64,000 bases of DNA from Eledone cirrhosa (taxonomy: Eukaryota): assembly GCA_964016885.1 (NCBI GenBank), contig OZ024745.1, positions 115,506,001-115,570,000 of the forward strand. Direction: 5' to 3'. The notes under the pieces are model-generated. The model ran no database searches and was not told the origin of the DNA. It was given only the letters and a program-made list of their open reading frames with translations. This document shows positions 41,855-56,007 of this stretch, one piece after another; the first letter of the stretch is position 1, and each line of letters opens with the position of its first letter. A program made the translations under genes and the position numbers.

Positions 41855-42480
41855 CCAATTTTACATGTAAATAGAGTTCCACTGAAGCATTTAGAAAAGT
41901 TAAAGTATCTCTTGGCTGTGTTCATGAGTGATGGAAGGCAGGGGGCTGAATTAAGTGTAAGAATTGAAGGAGCTGATGCAGTAATGTACCAGCTTTAGCA
42001 TTCAGTAATCAGAAGGGAGGTATGTGTAAAAGGCAAACTTGCTATCTTCAATTTGATATTTGTGCCAAACCATACCTATGTTCATGAATCTTGGGTAATG
42101 ACTGAAAGAATATAATCGCCAATACAAGCGGCTGAAATGGGGTTCCTCTGAAGGGTTTTGAAGTGACTTTACTTGATAAAGTGCGTAGCTCAGAGATCAA
42201 AGATTCACTACAGGTAGAGCTGCTACTTCTCCAAATTGAAAGATCACATCTCTGATACTATTGGCATGTGGTTAGAATGTCTCAGGAAAGAATCACTGGA
42301 CAGATTTTATGGGGTCACTTCGATTAAGATGGTTGAATAACATCCATGAGCTTGACTGCTCACGCTTGAGGATCCAGTCAGATCAGCTGGAGATGGTTGC
42401 TTCTGACAGGACCTGATGGAAGGAGTGTTTGAAGACTCTGCCCCTACGGCCCTCTCAGGAATAAGTGGGGGAAGGGGGCA
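41855..42480 (+). mobile_element. Second RTE-like LINE family, 3' fragment
   Basis: KYLL..SDG, TYVHESWVMTERI..IQAAEMGFL motifs. Confidence 0.75.
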
Positions 42481-42952
42481 GCGACAGCGACGACAACGTC
42501 AGCTTGGCATAAGTAATTGAAAATTAATACTTGCTTCAGGTATTAAATTAAAAAAATCTAACCACCCTAAAACTAAAAAGCCAAGCAGAAGGTACAAATA
42601 AATTACTATGCCCATTGCTGGTGATGTCCCCCACTGCATGGGGGCTGGGGCAATTTCCCCCTTTGCCCTCCATTAAATCCAGCTCTGATAATAACATAGA
42701 TGAACTTAAATAAGTTTACTATTTAAGAAAGTAGTCTCTTTGACAAACTGGTTGGAGAATGAGGAAGAAGCAACCAGTGGGTTGCTGCAGTGGTACCAAC
42801 ATATTGTCTTCAGACTAGAGACCTGAATACTTGCAATTCAATGGACTCTGTCAAAGGGGGTGTACAATATTGAGTGCAAGTTAAAGAAACAGTTGTTCAT
42901 CAAAACAAAGATTAGAAATACTTAAATACAACTGCTGTTGATGTGTCAGTTA

Positions 42953-43124
42953 AATAATTGTTTCTACTTTTGGCACAAGGCCAGCAATTACCCAAGTGCA
43001 TTACTGGTACTTTATTTTATCGACCCCGTAAGAATGAAAGGCAAAGTTAAACTCAGACCACAAAGGGCCATAACTTTATGTTGCAAAGCATGATGTCTGA
43101 CCCTCTACCAATACTGCCAATCCA
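42953..43124 (-). mobile_element. SINE family A
   Basis: Head, body and tail motifs. Confidence 0.8.
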
Positions 43125-43419
43125 TGAAATCAATGTAAATACCTACATTTGTGGCATTGTACCTATGTTAGAAATCAATAATTACAATGTTCATGTGGTT
43201 GATAGTATTTGCTAATATACTGCGATAAGCCTTACTAACATATAGTAATAAAGTAAATGTGTCATAAGCCCTGGGGAGAAGGGATATACGAGAACTGAAA
43301 CTAAGCTCTGGTTACATGCAATTAAGCAAATGAGAGTATCAACATATGGTTACCATTCTCTGATGGTTTCAAGAAATAGACAAACTGAAACCATTGTTGA
43401 GTTAAATCTCTTCTTCATC

Positions 43420-44040
43420 ACCCTCACATTGAGGCAAAGTCCTCAAACACTCCTCCCAGTCAGAAGTAACTGTCTCCAATTGATCTGGCTGAGCTCATGG
43501 ATGTTATCCAATCATCTTGCTTGGGGGTCTACCCCCTAGTCTCCTATTGGTTGGTTTTGCCCATAAAATCTCTCCAGCGATTCTTTCCTGAGACATTCTA
43601 ACCAAATGCCCATAGTATCGGAGTTATGATCTCTCAATTTGGAGAAGTGGTGGATCTACCTTGAGTGAATCTCTGATTTCCAAGAACACACTGTATCAAG
43701 TTATGTTACTCCAAAGAGCTTTTGGAGGAACCCCATTTTGGCCGCTTGTATTGACGATCGTATTCTTTCTGTCATTACCCAAGATCCATGAACATAGGTT
43801 GGTATGAATACTGAATTGAAGATAACAAGTTTAACTTTTACATCTACCTCCCTTCTTCTGATTACCAAATGCTGAAGCTGAGGCATTACTGCAACAGCTC
43901 CTGCAATTCTTACACTTAATTCAGCCTCCTACCTTTCATCACTCATGAATGGCCATGAGATACTTGAACTTCTACACCTGCTTCAGGGGAACTCCATTCA
44001 CATGTAGATTGCACTGTGCAAGCTTCTTTGAAAGGGTGAG
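43420..44040 (-). mobile_element. Inverted copy of the second RTE-like family
   Basis: ORF 43701..43886 TYVHGSWVMTERIRSSIQAAKMGFL. Confidence 0.75.
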
Positions 44041-44593
44041 TGTCTCAGTCTTCGTAACATTGATTTTCATTCCAGCCATGCATTAATAGTGTGAGTAGGT
44101 TATGCCTGGAAGGAAGGATGGTTGGTAAGAGAAACAGAGGCTGGCAGCCAAAACAATGGCTTGATAATATCAAAATATGGACTGAACCTGATCTTTGCTC
44201 TTTAAACTCTGCTGTTAGTGATCGAACTTTGTGGAGAAAAATATCTCCTGTTGATGCGCAGTCTGCAACTGGCGGCATTTAGCATCAAAGTAGCATGCAT
44301 TAATGTACATAACTAAATACATGCAGTGTATTTGAACCAAAACCTTTCAGTTAACAGTCCAGTATTACAATCACTTGGCTATTTCCCTTCTACATTGGCT
44401 TATGATGCTTGTGTTAGTACCAGACCAAACAGCCAATGATACTTATGTGACATGGTGATAGACACATCACAACTTTGCTTGAAGCCTGTTGCAGTTGAGC
44501 TTGCCTCTACCTCTCCTACTATCAAATAGACTAACAATTACTTTTTAAAAAGCAATAAAGAGTTATATTGATTTGTTAAAAACTTACACTTAC

Positions 44594-44698
44594 CTGTCAG
44601 AATAAAAGAAAAGTTGTTTAATTTATTCAACTTGAGTCCCTCATATAACTCTTCAATTTCTTTAGCACCAAGTACTTGACCCTTAACATGTTTATAAT
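44594..44698 (-). CDS. PDXK: Pyridoxal kinase exon 3 (YKHVKGQVLGAKEIEELYEGLKLNKLNNFSFILT)
   Basis: 105 nt, AG/GT flanked, KGQVL..ELYEGL..LTG motif; lies within ORF 44538..44729. Confidence 0.95.
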
Positions 44699-45774
44699 CT
44701 GCAGAAATTAATGAGATATCAGCAATCAAACAATCCTAAAAAGTAAACTTGAGAGAGCTAGCTAGTTTGATACAGAGAAACAAATAGTGAAAAAATTTAT
44801 CATCTTCATCATCCGGCGACCTCAACAGAAATCAACTGAATAATTGATTTCCACGTTGGTCTGTCGTTCATTGCCATCACCTGGTCCTGGATTTCAATAG
44901 CAGAATCACTGAAGATGACATCCGGATAGAAGAGCTTGTGCCCCCTGCTATTAGTGTCTGCTTGTGGTTTCTTTGGAAATCACAGGTGAGAAAAATAACA
45001 AGCCAGTGAGTAAGAGAAATGCTATAGACTAAGACAATATGCTCATAACTGAGATGGGAAAACTGCTGAGAAAGAATAGCTTAAATTCATCTACCTCAAG
45101 CTGCTAAAAATAGCAGCCAAATCTTCCTCAAATTATATCTCACCATCTTTAAAAAAATCAAAGTACACAATGTCTGAAATAATGGCATGCTTAAAGCCTG
45201 AAGCCTTTTGATGATAGGCCAGCTCAATCAGGGCTGATCTGGGGCTACTCAACAACTACATTAGGGATCAGACTATGCTCATTTTAATGTACATTTTTAC
45301 AGTCTCATAACAGTTGGTATATATTCCCAAATAGCTGAATTTCATTCACTGTAAATATGTAACAAGAAAAAGTACAATTATTTCTATAAATATGTGTTTG
45401 AATTTGAAAGTTAAAGGCATGAAGGTTGTTTGACTATGAAAAATAGTTTAAATTGGATGTATAAGCCTTAGAGATGGAAAAGATTTGTACAGTACTGCCT
45501 GTGAGACTTGAACCCACACTTATAATACACCATTTCACCATGCTAACCAATTACACTAAAGTGTCACTGACAGAAATACTCTATAAAAGGTGTTTTGCTT
45601 TCATATAGTGGATTAGATGAACAACGCCATTACTATAGAATACTATAGAATACAAGTTGTGTCATGTAAGCAGGGTTTGAAGCCATTTGATTCCATTCCC
45701 ATAGCTAACACACTTCAGACAGATTAATGCCACAAACACTCTTCAATCTCCTACTCCTAAAACAAGGGCAACCG

Positions 45775-46090
45775 TCATCATCGTTTTTACGTCCATTTTC
45801 CCAAGCTTGCATATGTTGGATGGATCTCCATTTGTCGTGTTCCTTCATCAACTCCTCTCTGAGTCTCAGTGATTTGAGGTCAGCTTCCACAACCTCTGTC
45901 TAAGTCTTTCTTGGTCTACTTCTACCGCAGCTTCCTTCCATTGGAATTTCCTGGCACATCTTCACCTAGTGATCATTGTCCATGTGCATCACATGTCGAT
46001 ACCAATGCAGTCTTCTCTCCTGCACACCACCTCAGATTCCTCTTAAACCCAGCTTCTTCCTCAACTCATCTAGCTCTGCCTTTCTCTCAA
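45775..46090 (-). mobile_element. RTE-type LINE 3' fragment
   Basis: RRLHWYRHVM..GRSRPRKT pattern; tail AAAACGATGATGA. Confidence 0.7.
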
Positions 46091-46138
46091 ACTTACATTG
46101 CACAGTGATAGAGTAAAATCATGGAATGTTTGACATAC

Positions 46139-46193
46139 TTGTATGATTTGAAAGTTGAACAGAATTTATGGCACTTGTTTCAAACCCATGGAG
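46139..46193 (-). CDS. PDXK: Pyridoxal kinase exon 2 (LHGFETSAINSVQLSNHT)
   Basis: 55 nt, AG/GT flanked, NSVQxSNHT motif. Confidence 0.95.
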
Positions 46194-46719
46194 CTGAAGG
46201 AGAAAAAGAGCATACAGTAATAAAAAATCATTGTTTATATAAACATGTCAGTAATAAATCTATTTTGTATGTATGTACCTGTTACTTCTGATGGTGCCCA
46301 TCCCTCACCAGATCTGAACACAGCTGATTTCTTTCAGGGAAGGAGAGAGAGAGTGATATATAGAAGAATTAACCCCATTACTGGACTGCTACTTTTTCTT
46401 ATCAACTTTGAAAGGATGAAAGGCAAAGCTGTGATAGAGGCACAAGAAAAGTAAGCACCAAGGGCTTATGTAAGTGAGATGTCTGGGACGTCAGTATCCC
46501 TGCTTCAATACCGACTTCATCAGTGAAGACCCAATTAACCCTTGCTAGCAGGCAAAATGATGTTGAATGGTGATGATGATGATCATATACATGTGTATGG
46601 AATATGTGTGTAAAAGAATGCAGAAGTGGCACACCATGATATCCTGTGACCATGTAACTGGTTCCAAAAATGTGAAAACACCATAAAATAAGCTTCATTT
46701 TTAATATTCTTCACATTTA

Positions 46720-47315
46720 ATAAATGAATTGAGAGAGAGACTGAGCATAAGAGGAATCAAATGCTGTGTGCAGGAGAGGCGGTTGCGTTGGTATGGACAT
46801 GTGATGCGTATGAAGGATGACAGCTGCATAAAAAGGTGCAGAGCACTAGAAGTCGATGGGAACCGCGGAGTGGGGAGACCCAAGATGACCTGGGATGAGG
46901 TGATAAAAGCCGACCTTATCCAATTACACCTCTCAAAGGCGATGACACACGACCGTGACCTCTGGCGTCACGCAGTAATACAGAGTACCCGACCTCCCAT
47001 GGGTACAAGCTGAAGCATATAGACAATATTCCCCCACATCCCCCACTGCAAGGTGGTCGTGGAGGTGCTACGGCAAAAAAGCACCCAGCCCACACTGTAA
47101 AGTGGACTTGTAAGCGCCACGAAAAAGCACCCAGCACTCACTGTATATGAGGTTGGAGTTAGGAAGGGCATCCAGCTGTAGAAACCAAGCCAAATCAGTT
47201 CCTGTATGAGCAAGGCATGGTCAGCCGACCAGACACTGCCCACAACAGGACAACCCGTCTAACCCGTGCTAGCGTGGAAGAACGGACGTAAAACGGTGAT
47301 GATGATGATGATGAT
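46720..47315 (+). mobile_element. RTE-type LINE 3' end
   Basis: ORF 46729..47013 ERRLRWYGHVMRMKDD..GRPKMTW; (GAT)n tail. Confidence 0.85.
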
Positions 47316-47738
47316 TTATCACCTATTAATATCAAGTTCCTTCACATTTTATTTTCAACTTAAACATTTGATTTTCAGGTAGAGAAATCAATGTTTTCAA
47401 TTGTTAGATATTCCATAACAGTTTCGGATTTTGGCACAGGGCCAATAATTTGTGGGCAGGAAAAAGTAGATTACATCAACCCCAGTATGTGGCTGGTACT
47501 TTATTCTATTGACCTCAGAAGAATGAAAGGCAAAGCTAACCTCAGTGGGTTTTAAACTCAGAATGCAATGGGATGTAACTATGCCACAAAGCATGTTGTC
47601 TACTGATGGTTTACCAATACTCCAAATCCCCAACCCTTAATTATTTCATAATAATAAATGGAAAAGTATTATCTTTATGTATGTGACTTAAGAGCAAATA
47701 GATGCAGGTGAGTGGCACAAGAAGATTTGATCAGGAAA

Positions 47739-48541
47739 TCATAATCTATAAAGCTCAGTGTATGGACATGCTCCTTCGTTATAGAAATCTACGATATAGA
47801 ATTTCTTCAATTGAAATTTACAATTCAATATTCGAAATAGCTTCGATTGCGTCTTGACACAGATAATTTTTTCTATTTCATCCACAATTACGCAAAAAAT
47901 AGATAAAACTCAAAATTAAACGATTTTTCTCTCTCATTTAAACTGCTGAACACTTTCTACTACCATTCAAAATCTATACAACTTCATACTTTCTGCTACT
48001 TTCTCTTTCCAAGCTTGATGGTGATACTGTCCGTTCACACCACTCCCTACTGTCTTAAATTTAGAAAACATATCTTCTATGAGGTCACTAAACTTGCTAG
48101 AAACAGCAACTAACTCTCCCCCATGTCACACCACTCCCTACTGTCTTAAATTTAGAAAACACATATCCTCTATGAGGTCACTAAACCTGCTAGAAACAAC
48201 AGCTAACTCTCCCTCATATCACAACCCTCCCTACTGTCTTAAATTTAGAAAACACACAGACAACCATGCAGAACAACTCCATCGCAGCTCTGTTGTTCGG
48301 CTGGCATCGTCTACGCGCGTGTTGCGCAATACTGTGAAACAATAAATTTCAACACTTTTTTGCACAGAGATAATATCCATAGGCGAAACTACAATTGTCA
48401 CTGCTGGCACAGCTCATGCTTCCAGGTCTGCAATTCATTCACCCAGTGCCTGGCAGAGAAAAAAGTGCTGCCATAAAATGGGTGGTGCAACCTAACTTTG
48501 GTAACTTAATGACCCCGAGCAACGCCGGGCTTTAATGCTAG
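47739..48541 (+). mobile_element. Non-autonomous Helitron with an internal ~90-bp tandem repeat
   Basis: A|TC start (47739 or 47745); 3' hairpin CCCGAGCAACGCCGGG then CTAG|T at 48538-48542. Confidence 0.65.
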
Positions 48542-48929
48542 TAAATTGATAAAAGCAAATCAATGAGAAAACAAATATTCCTGCTATCTAGATCAGGTGA
48601 ACTAAGTGAGTTACATAAGTAACATTAATTTATGACGTACCTGGTATATTTCTGTCTGGCACCTACTCATTGAATCAGCAGTTAAGAGTTAATGTTAAAG
48701 ACAAAAGCATACTAATGTTGCTACGATACAAGCTGTCTATCACCAGCTAGATAGCTGCTGGTTTATTAAGTCACTACTTCATACTCATCAATTAATAGTT
48801 TTATTTTTGTTTTTATGGCAAGCACTGTAGAGTGTGAAGTAATCTGTCACCAAGTCAAAATCATGACAGTTTCAATCCCTGGCTGAACCGTTCTTCACTT
48901 CAGTGGAGAAGATTGTGCTGGTATGAACA

Positions 48930-49070
48930 CATAATTGTTTCTACTTTTGGTACAAGGCCAGCAATTACCCAGTGTATTACTGGTACTTTATTTTATCGAC
49001 CCCGTAAGGATGAAAGGCAAAGTTAACCTCGGCGGGATTTGAACTCAGAATGGCAAGGGCCGTAACTAAT
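48930..49070 (-). mobile_element. SINE family A (partial)
   Basis: B-box, body and tail. Confidence 0.8.
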
Positions 49071-51599
49071 GCATATGGGTGATGGTTGGTAGATGAAGTT
49101 CCAAGAGATCCCAATGGGAGAAGCTGCAGTAGAAAAAAACCAAGTATGATCTGAACAGAGGTAGTGAGAACTGATCTCAGGGTCCTGTATTCCCTAGAGG
49201 AGATGATGAATGAATGTAACAAGTGGAGGGAAGCTGTGCTGGAAACGACTCATCCAACTCATATAAGCATGGAAAAATACATGTATGATGATGTATTCAA
49301 TGAAGCACTGTAAGTAGGACAAGAGATGTTCAAGTTGAATGTGGATGATTCTATCATAGATGATGCCAGTCTTTAGAGAAGAGTGTGATAAGCATGAACT
49401 AACTTTAAGGTATACAAGATTTAAGTGGGAATCAGAGACCTGCTGACACATGCTGTAGATGAGCAGCCAGATAGGAAACCCCTAATTAAGGAGATGAGAG
49501 ATGAAGTCCTGGGAGAGATAATATACTGACCAGTAATATACTAGGATTTATTCAAATAACTACACTGCTTTTCCTATATATGACCATAAACCAATGTGAG
49601 ACACCATACCACAATCTGAGTTGTCTGGCTTATATGTATATGATATTATCAATTATATGTTATGTGAGATATGAGATATTTCACAACTAGGACCTAATAC
49701 TTCAAGCTAAGTTTGCAGTGGTTGTACAACACTATTTCTATATAGTAAAGGTGGAATGTAATAGAAGGATATTTTTATAGTGAAGGTGGAATATAAATAG
49801 TATTCTTTATCCTTTTCACAAGGATATTCAAGTCAAAGACAAATAATTCTAAACAATGCAAGCATTAAAACCAGATGAAGTGAGCTTGGATTGCTGGAAA
49901 ATTACCATACCTCTATTTATTAAATATTAATTTGTATATAAAATAAAGTACCAGTAATGTACTGGGATAATTGCTGGCCTTGTGCCAAAAGTAGAAACAA
50001 TTAATTTGTATATTATACACAAAGTATTCTTGATAAGTTACCCATTATATTAAATTATATCAATTTTAATAAGATATTAACTAAATTATTTTAATTAAAA
50101 TATATAATAAATAAGCAATAATATTATTTTATCAAAAATATACAAAGTTCTTTAAAATAATTTAATCATAAAACCAATAAATAAAGAAAAAAGAGCAAAA
50201 TTTTCAATAATTTTTATATTACTTTAACCTCACAATTTCAATAATGTATTTTGACAAAGTATAAAATCTATCGAAGTCTAATTGGTTCTACTGTTAGATT
50301 CATTTGATCTTAGAATTCTAAATTGCAAACATTACAAACTGAATTAGATACAGTAAAATAATATTCCTCAACTATTTTTGGTACAGGGGATTTCTCAATG
50401 TTAAAAAAAAAAAATGTTTTCTTTCTCCATGTCTGGTAATCTTGGGGAAAGTAAAAAAACAATTTTTCTCCTTAACTATCATGGAGTCCCAGATAAAGTG
50501 GACACTCTTCCCTACAGTTTCTCATAAATACAACAAACCTGTTTCCTAAAATTACTTCATGTAATGTATTTATCTTAGTCATCAAAATATAGAAACAAAC
50601 AAATATTCATTTCAATTTAGCTGACTCCTTTGTACACATACAGAGAACACGACAGAAGAACCTAGTTTTAGCTCTTAAATCACATGAAAATCAATGTGAC
50701 TTAGGTACTTTTAGCAGTGAACTCTTCATTTGAAAATATATCTAATGCTGCTCACTATACTACCCCACCCCCTACATCTAATACTGCTAACTATAATCTA
50801 TACTAGCCCCCCCCCTCACATCTAATATTGCTAACTATAATCTACACTACCCCACTAGATCTAATACTGTTCACTATAATCTATCTAACCCCACCCCCAC
50901 CCCCACTACATTTATTAGACTCATATTCAAAGGAACAAACTAATTAAGACATCTGTTAGCTTAATTCATTAATACAAAAGAAGGATCTCTTTTGATTATA
51001 ATTATTTAAAAGTAAATATCAATTTGTTTTAAAAAGTCATGAGCTGTTTTAGGTAAAATGGAGTATGTTTAATTGGATTGACCACATTTTAATATAAGGG
51101 TTACTTTTATTAAGGGATGGAATGCAAAGATAATCCCAAGGGCTTCACACAGCAATTTATGAAGGAACAGCTGTATGTCTGTGTGTTTGTGTATGTGATC
51201 TAATTTTAGCAATTCAAACCAATAAGCTATTTCACAGATTTTAATTATTTAACTAACTTGTTCTGCATCTGTTCCTACATGCTATTAGATAAAAGGGGTT
51301 GGAGATGTTCTGTGTCATACCCAAGGCAGCAAGTACTTAACAGATTGTAAGAGATAAGAAATTTGAACTTAGTAGAGAAGCTGATATCCTATCTATTTGG
51401 ACATTTTCAGCTGATTAAGAAAGAAAATACTTCCACATCTAATGCGCTCGAATTAAATTGTTTGTATCAATATCTGACTAAATCATTTTTTTTTTCTTTT
51501 CAATTCTCTAAATAAAAATATGAAATGCTAAAGTGGATAAAGCTTTTTTACTAACCCACACTTTGAGTTCAAATCCAATGTAGGCATTTTGTTCAGACC

Positions 51600-51945
51600 T
51601 CATTGTAAAGTGGTTGTGTTAGTGACACAACAAATAGTGCCCAGCCCACACTGTAAAGTGGTCGTGTAGGTGTCATAACAAAAAGTACCCAGTACACACT
51701 GTAAAGTGGTCGTGTCGATGTCACAACAAAAAGTACCCAGTACACACTGTAAAGTGGTCGTGTAGATGTCACAACAAAAAGTACCCAGTACACACTGTAA
51801 AGTGGTCGTGTAGATGTCACAACAAAAAGTACCCAGTACACACTGTAAAGTGGTCGTGTAGATGTCACAACAAAAAGTACCCAGTACACACTGTAAAGTG
51901 GTTATGTAGGTTACAACAAAAAACACACAGTACACTGTAAATATG
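51600..51945. repeat. 48-bp tandem repeat (~7 copies) within an RTE-type LINE tail
   Basis: AAAAGTACCCAGTACACACTGTAAAGTGGTCGTGTAGATGTCACAACA unit; the ORF track shows 16-aa periodicity. Confidence 0.92.
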
Positions 51946-53084
51946 GTTGGCATTAGGAAGGGCATCCAGCCATAGAAACCCAGCCAAAATAGGTTCTGTA
52001 TGAGCAAGCCATGGTCATCCAACCTGTCTTGATGATGATGATGATGATAAATCACCTAGCTATCAGAAATAGGTGCCAGAACATTTTGGAATTTTATCTG
52101 TAAGAGGAGATATATATTTAGTATCTCATTCGTTTCATAACATTAAACTGAAATTAAGTACTGGCTATGGGAAAATATTTAAAAGAAAAAATAAAGAAAA
52201 CTTGACACACATTGACAGAAGTTGTAACAATACCCTAGATGACAACATTTAAATATATATAATCAGGTGCCTGTTACTTTCAGGTTACAAACTCTTTTAT
52301 GGTACAAAAAAGTGTCTAGACAATTGTATAAACACCTGTTCATATGCAAATAAAGAAGTTTACAAACTCATTCATTTCACACAAGCATATCTAAAAGCTA
52401 TTCATAAAACAAGACAATAAATGGAGTCTCAGTGGTTGCTTGTCCTACAAGAAATATCAGCTAACTCTGTGTCAGACCACATCCTACCATCTTAAAATAT
52501 GGACATATTAGATAATTTGGTCTGGGCTACACTAAAAAAAAAAAAAAAAAAAAAAAAAATGATGGTCAAAGAGAGAATTCATTTGATCATAAGTCTACTT
52601 GAGCAGGGTTGATGTGGAGCTAAATAATTCATATTTTCAAAAGGTGAATTGGGTGTAAAATGATAGCAAAATGATCATTTTTCAAATTTAGATGGGGATA
52701 GCAAGAAAATAACGACAATTGCTACAATGTAGGTAGTAAATTTCCATCAAACTAGATTTGAATCTCAATCATAGCTACTTTTGAGAAGGACACTGTCATA
52801 ACTATTTCTATTTCACTACCCACCGAAGCAAAAAGGGCTGTTACTAAAATTTAGAGTAGCATAAAATGCTCAATATAATATATGCTTCCAAAAAATGAGT
52901 GTATCTTGTTATGAAATGTACCTTTGCTGTATTTAGCCTGGGTGAGATTTGGATTCAGTATATAAGTAGAGGTAATACTAAAAAGTATTTGTTGTGATAA
53001 AAAGTCAGTTGCTGAGACTTGAAACAAAAGTATAAATCTGTTCATTTTTATTAAAAAGTTTTGGCTGCCAGTAAGTACATCAAT

Positions 53085-53410
53085 AAAGTGGTGAATAGGC
53101 AGATTCATTAGAACATTGGATCAAATGCTTTACAGTATTTGTTCTGGCTCTCTGAGTTGAAATCCCACCAAAGTCAACTTTGCCTTTCATCCATTCAAGG
53201 TCAATAAAAAAGTACCAGTCTAGAACTGAGGTCGATTCTTCCCCTATATCTTTTTCTCACTTCCTTTCTCTCACTCTCTATCCTTCTCTGGAAGAAATCT
53301 GCTGTATTCAGACCTGGAGAGTAGATGGGTTCCACCAGGTTTTAAAAACGCCGTAAGAAATGCTGTATGTCAATATGGCACCCCTACGACTTTCTTGGGA
53401 GTTACAGATC
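53085..53410 (+). mobile_element. SINE family B
   Basis: Reverse orientation of the 17272 and 30815 copies. Confidence 0.75.
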
Positions 53411-54390
53411 CATACCCAAGTACATCATAATACAGTTAGACCACACTGAGATGCCCAAACCTTTGTGTGAACTCAAAATTTTGGCATGAGCATGATGGTA
53501 GAAATGTTTTAAAAGCTTTGCATATTACAAATATTTGTTTAACATCTTCCAAAGATAATGGTAAGTTCTTAGATCTGATATACTACCATAATAGAGTTAC
53601 TCTAGGATGACACAAAAGCTTATGTAAATCTGTGATTCCAGTTATAAAGTTGCACCAGATAATAGCATCAGCAGATGTGTTATGTATGAATCAGATGTTA
53701 TAACTGTGGCATGATAATTCTGTGCTATCGTTTTGTCTTTCCTCTACTTTTGTGACTAAGTAAATATGTAATCTCAGTGGGTAAGGTAAAATAGCATTAA
53801 CATTTACATTACTCTATATATACTATTGTATTTTCATGGTAAAGGCTTTATCTTACATAATTATCTCACATAATATCGAATCTACAAGATTTTAATGTTA
53901 TTTATTTTGAGAACAATACCTTAACATCAGTATGAGCGGCCAGTTACAGCCAGTTTGAACAGAAAGAGGTGAGAGAATTCTGGCGATATGGCTGGTTTAA
54001 ATGCTAAAGGGTTAAAGTAAAAAACTTTGTCATTTCCTAACACTTTCTACCATCAGGGCCTATGAGAGGGGGTCCAGCCAGTACTTTGTTCTGGGACCCA
54101 AGAACTAAGAAGGCCCCACAGAAACCATGCTACATTTGAGAAAAACCTTTGCCTGCTTCGGATCCCAAAGGAGTCTTGCAAAATTTCTCTTGGAGGCACT
54201 GTCTCTGATAGTCATAGATGACATTTTAATTGAGAAGAGATTTTGCTCCTGGTAAGAAAAAGTTATGGAGAATATATTTATTACAGTGAAAGGAGACCTG
54301 GAATTATGGTGACAGAAACATTAACATCAGTGCAATTTCAGGTAAGGTGAGTAAGGGATATTAATTATCGAAGTTTTTAGAAGACACATA

Positions 54391-54878
54391 TATAACGGAA
54401 TACTCCTATATTTTACTGGCGAAGATTCGAAACCGAATCTGAGCTTTCCCGCCTCTGGGACACTTAATTGTTGGAAGTTCTCGCCTTTGTCCTGTCAACG
54501 ATGATGGATGACATTCCATTTGACCTGTGACTCCAACCCCTTGGGAGATGCTAACCACAGGTCAGATCACATATCCATCCTTCTGATTTAGCACTTATTA
54601 TAAATAGAAGGGCTGAGGGAACAAGAGGAGAGAATCGAAGCAGCAGTCAAGAAGATAACTATGTAGCGTCAGTAGACCTTTCACCCTATCTTTCTCTTGG
54701 CCCTTACTGGCTTACCTTCTCAGCCAGACAGCCAACCATGCCTGCCTGACAGATTGACCATTACTACTACTATGAGAATAAGATAAACTAAGAATAGGCA
54801 CACATGCATAGTAAGTTCATATTGTTATTATTCTTTTCATCCAAACACTCATCAAATCAACACAATCTATCCGTTACA
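54391..54878 (+). mobile_element. Solo LTR-like element
   Basis: Ends TATAACGGA..TCCGTTACA, internal TATAAATAG, flanks CATA/CATG; first ~70 bp shared in inverted form with 58640-58695. Confidence 0.55.
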
Positions 54879-56007
54879 CATGTGTCTTTTTTGTAATATA
54901 AAAGTAAAATATAGTAAGAATTTAATTAGTTCCTAGAAAGGTGAAACCCATACAGGTAGAAACTAAAAGGCCTTGTAATTGTTTAACAAGCCAGTCATTG
55001 GGTAATCAACAAGATTTTTCCCTCTTTACAAGTCAGATTGCAGAGAATTTTTTTTTTTTTTTTTAATTCTTTACATAACAAATGGTTGTATGGAAGAAAC
55101 AAACATTTGTTATTGAATATATTTTAAGCACAAGACTCAACAAGTGGAACTTAATTCCTTCCTGAAGGCCGTTCGTCACACAAAATGTTCGTAAACCAAA
55201 AGTATTTTCCCCATACAAAATGTTGAGAGTGATTGTGTGAAAGACAGATAGATATTACCACAGTAACTAACTACATAGCAAGTGATGCTTCTCGCCGATA
55301 CTCCAAGCTTGTTGCCAACCGTTGTTGTTGGCTTGCGTGTTCATTACTAGAGACACCGTTCGTGAATCGAGACATTTTATGTCCGGAAAAATTGTTTGTG
55401 AACCGTGATTCCACTGTATTCTACGCAATAGCATCTAAGTGATCACTCAGCCGACGAGAAACTGTAGTCAAGTCTCCCTCTACATCTTCTAAAAATTCCG
55501 AGCACTTTCAATGATATAATTAAAGGGAGATGCAATTGCTAATGGTAGAACACTTTGATCATGTCTCAGTTTTTATCTGTGATTAAACCACTTCACTCGA
55601 CCAGCCATCGTGGGAAGTTTTACAGAGTTGCTCGATTTAACAAAAACAGGAATGAAATCTCTCTTAATTCAAACTTTACTGTCTTCAAAATAAACTTTAA
55701 AAAAACAGTCACGAAAAAGGTCAGCAATCTTTTAATAGGCTAGACCTGTTAAAAATGTACTATTAAAAACAAGATAATACCAACTTATCTAAGATGATAC
55801 GTCAAGCAACCAGAAACGTGGTTTAGAGATATGGCTAGAGTTTCGTGTCTGTAATTTAAAACATAGGCTAATGGTATACAATTATTATCAATGTGCTTAA
55901 AACAATAATGTCAACATATAATTCGAGGTATATTCTAATAAAAAAAATTAAATGTGAGGGCAAGGAGATTGTAATATTTGTATGAAGTGGTTCAAACAAG
56001 GACAGGA

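Noticed and set aside
51593-52055. CRISPR-like or repeat-protein appearance of the 48-bp array
   Set aside because: Contiguous units without unique spacers, no cas genes, eukaryotic LINE-tail context
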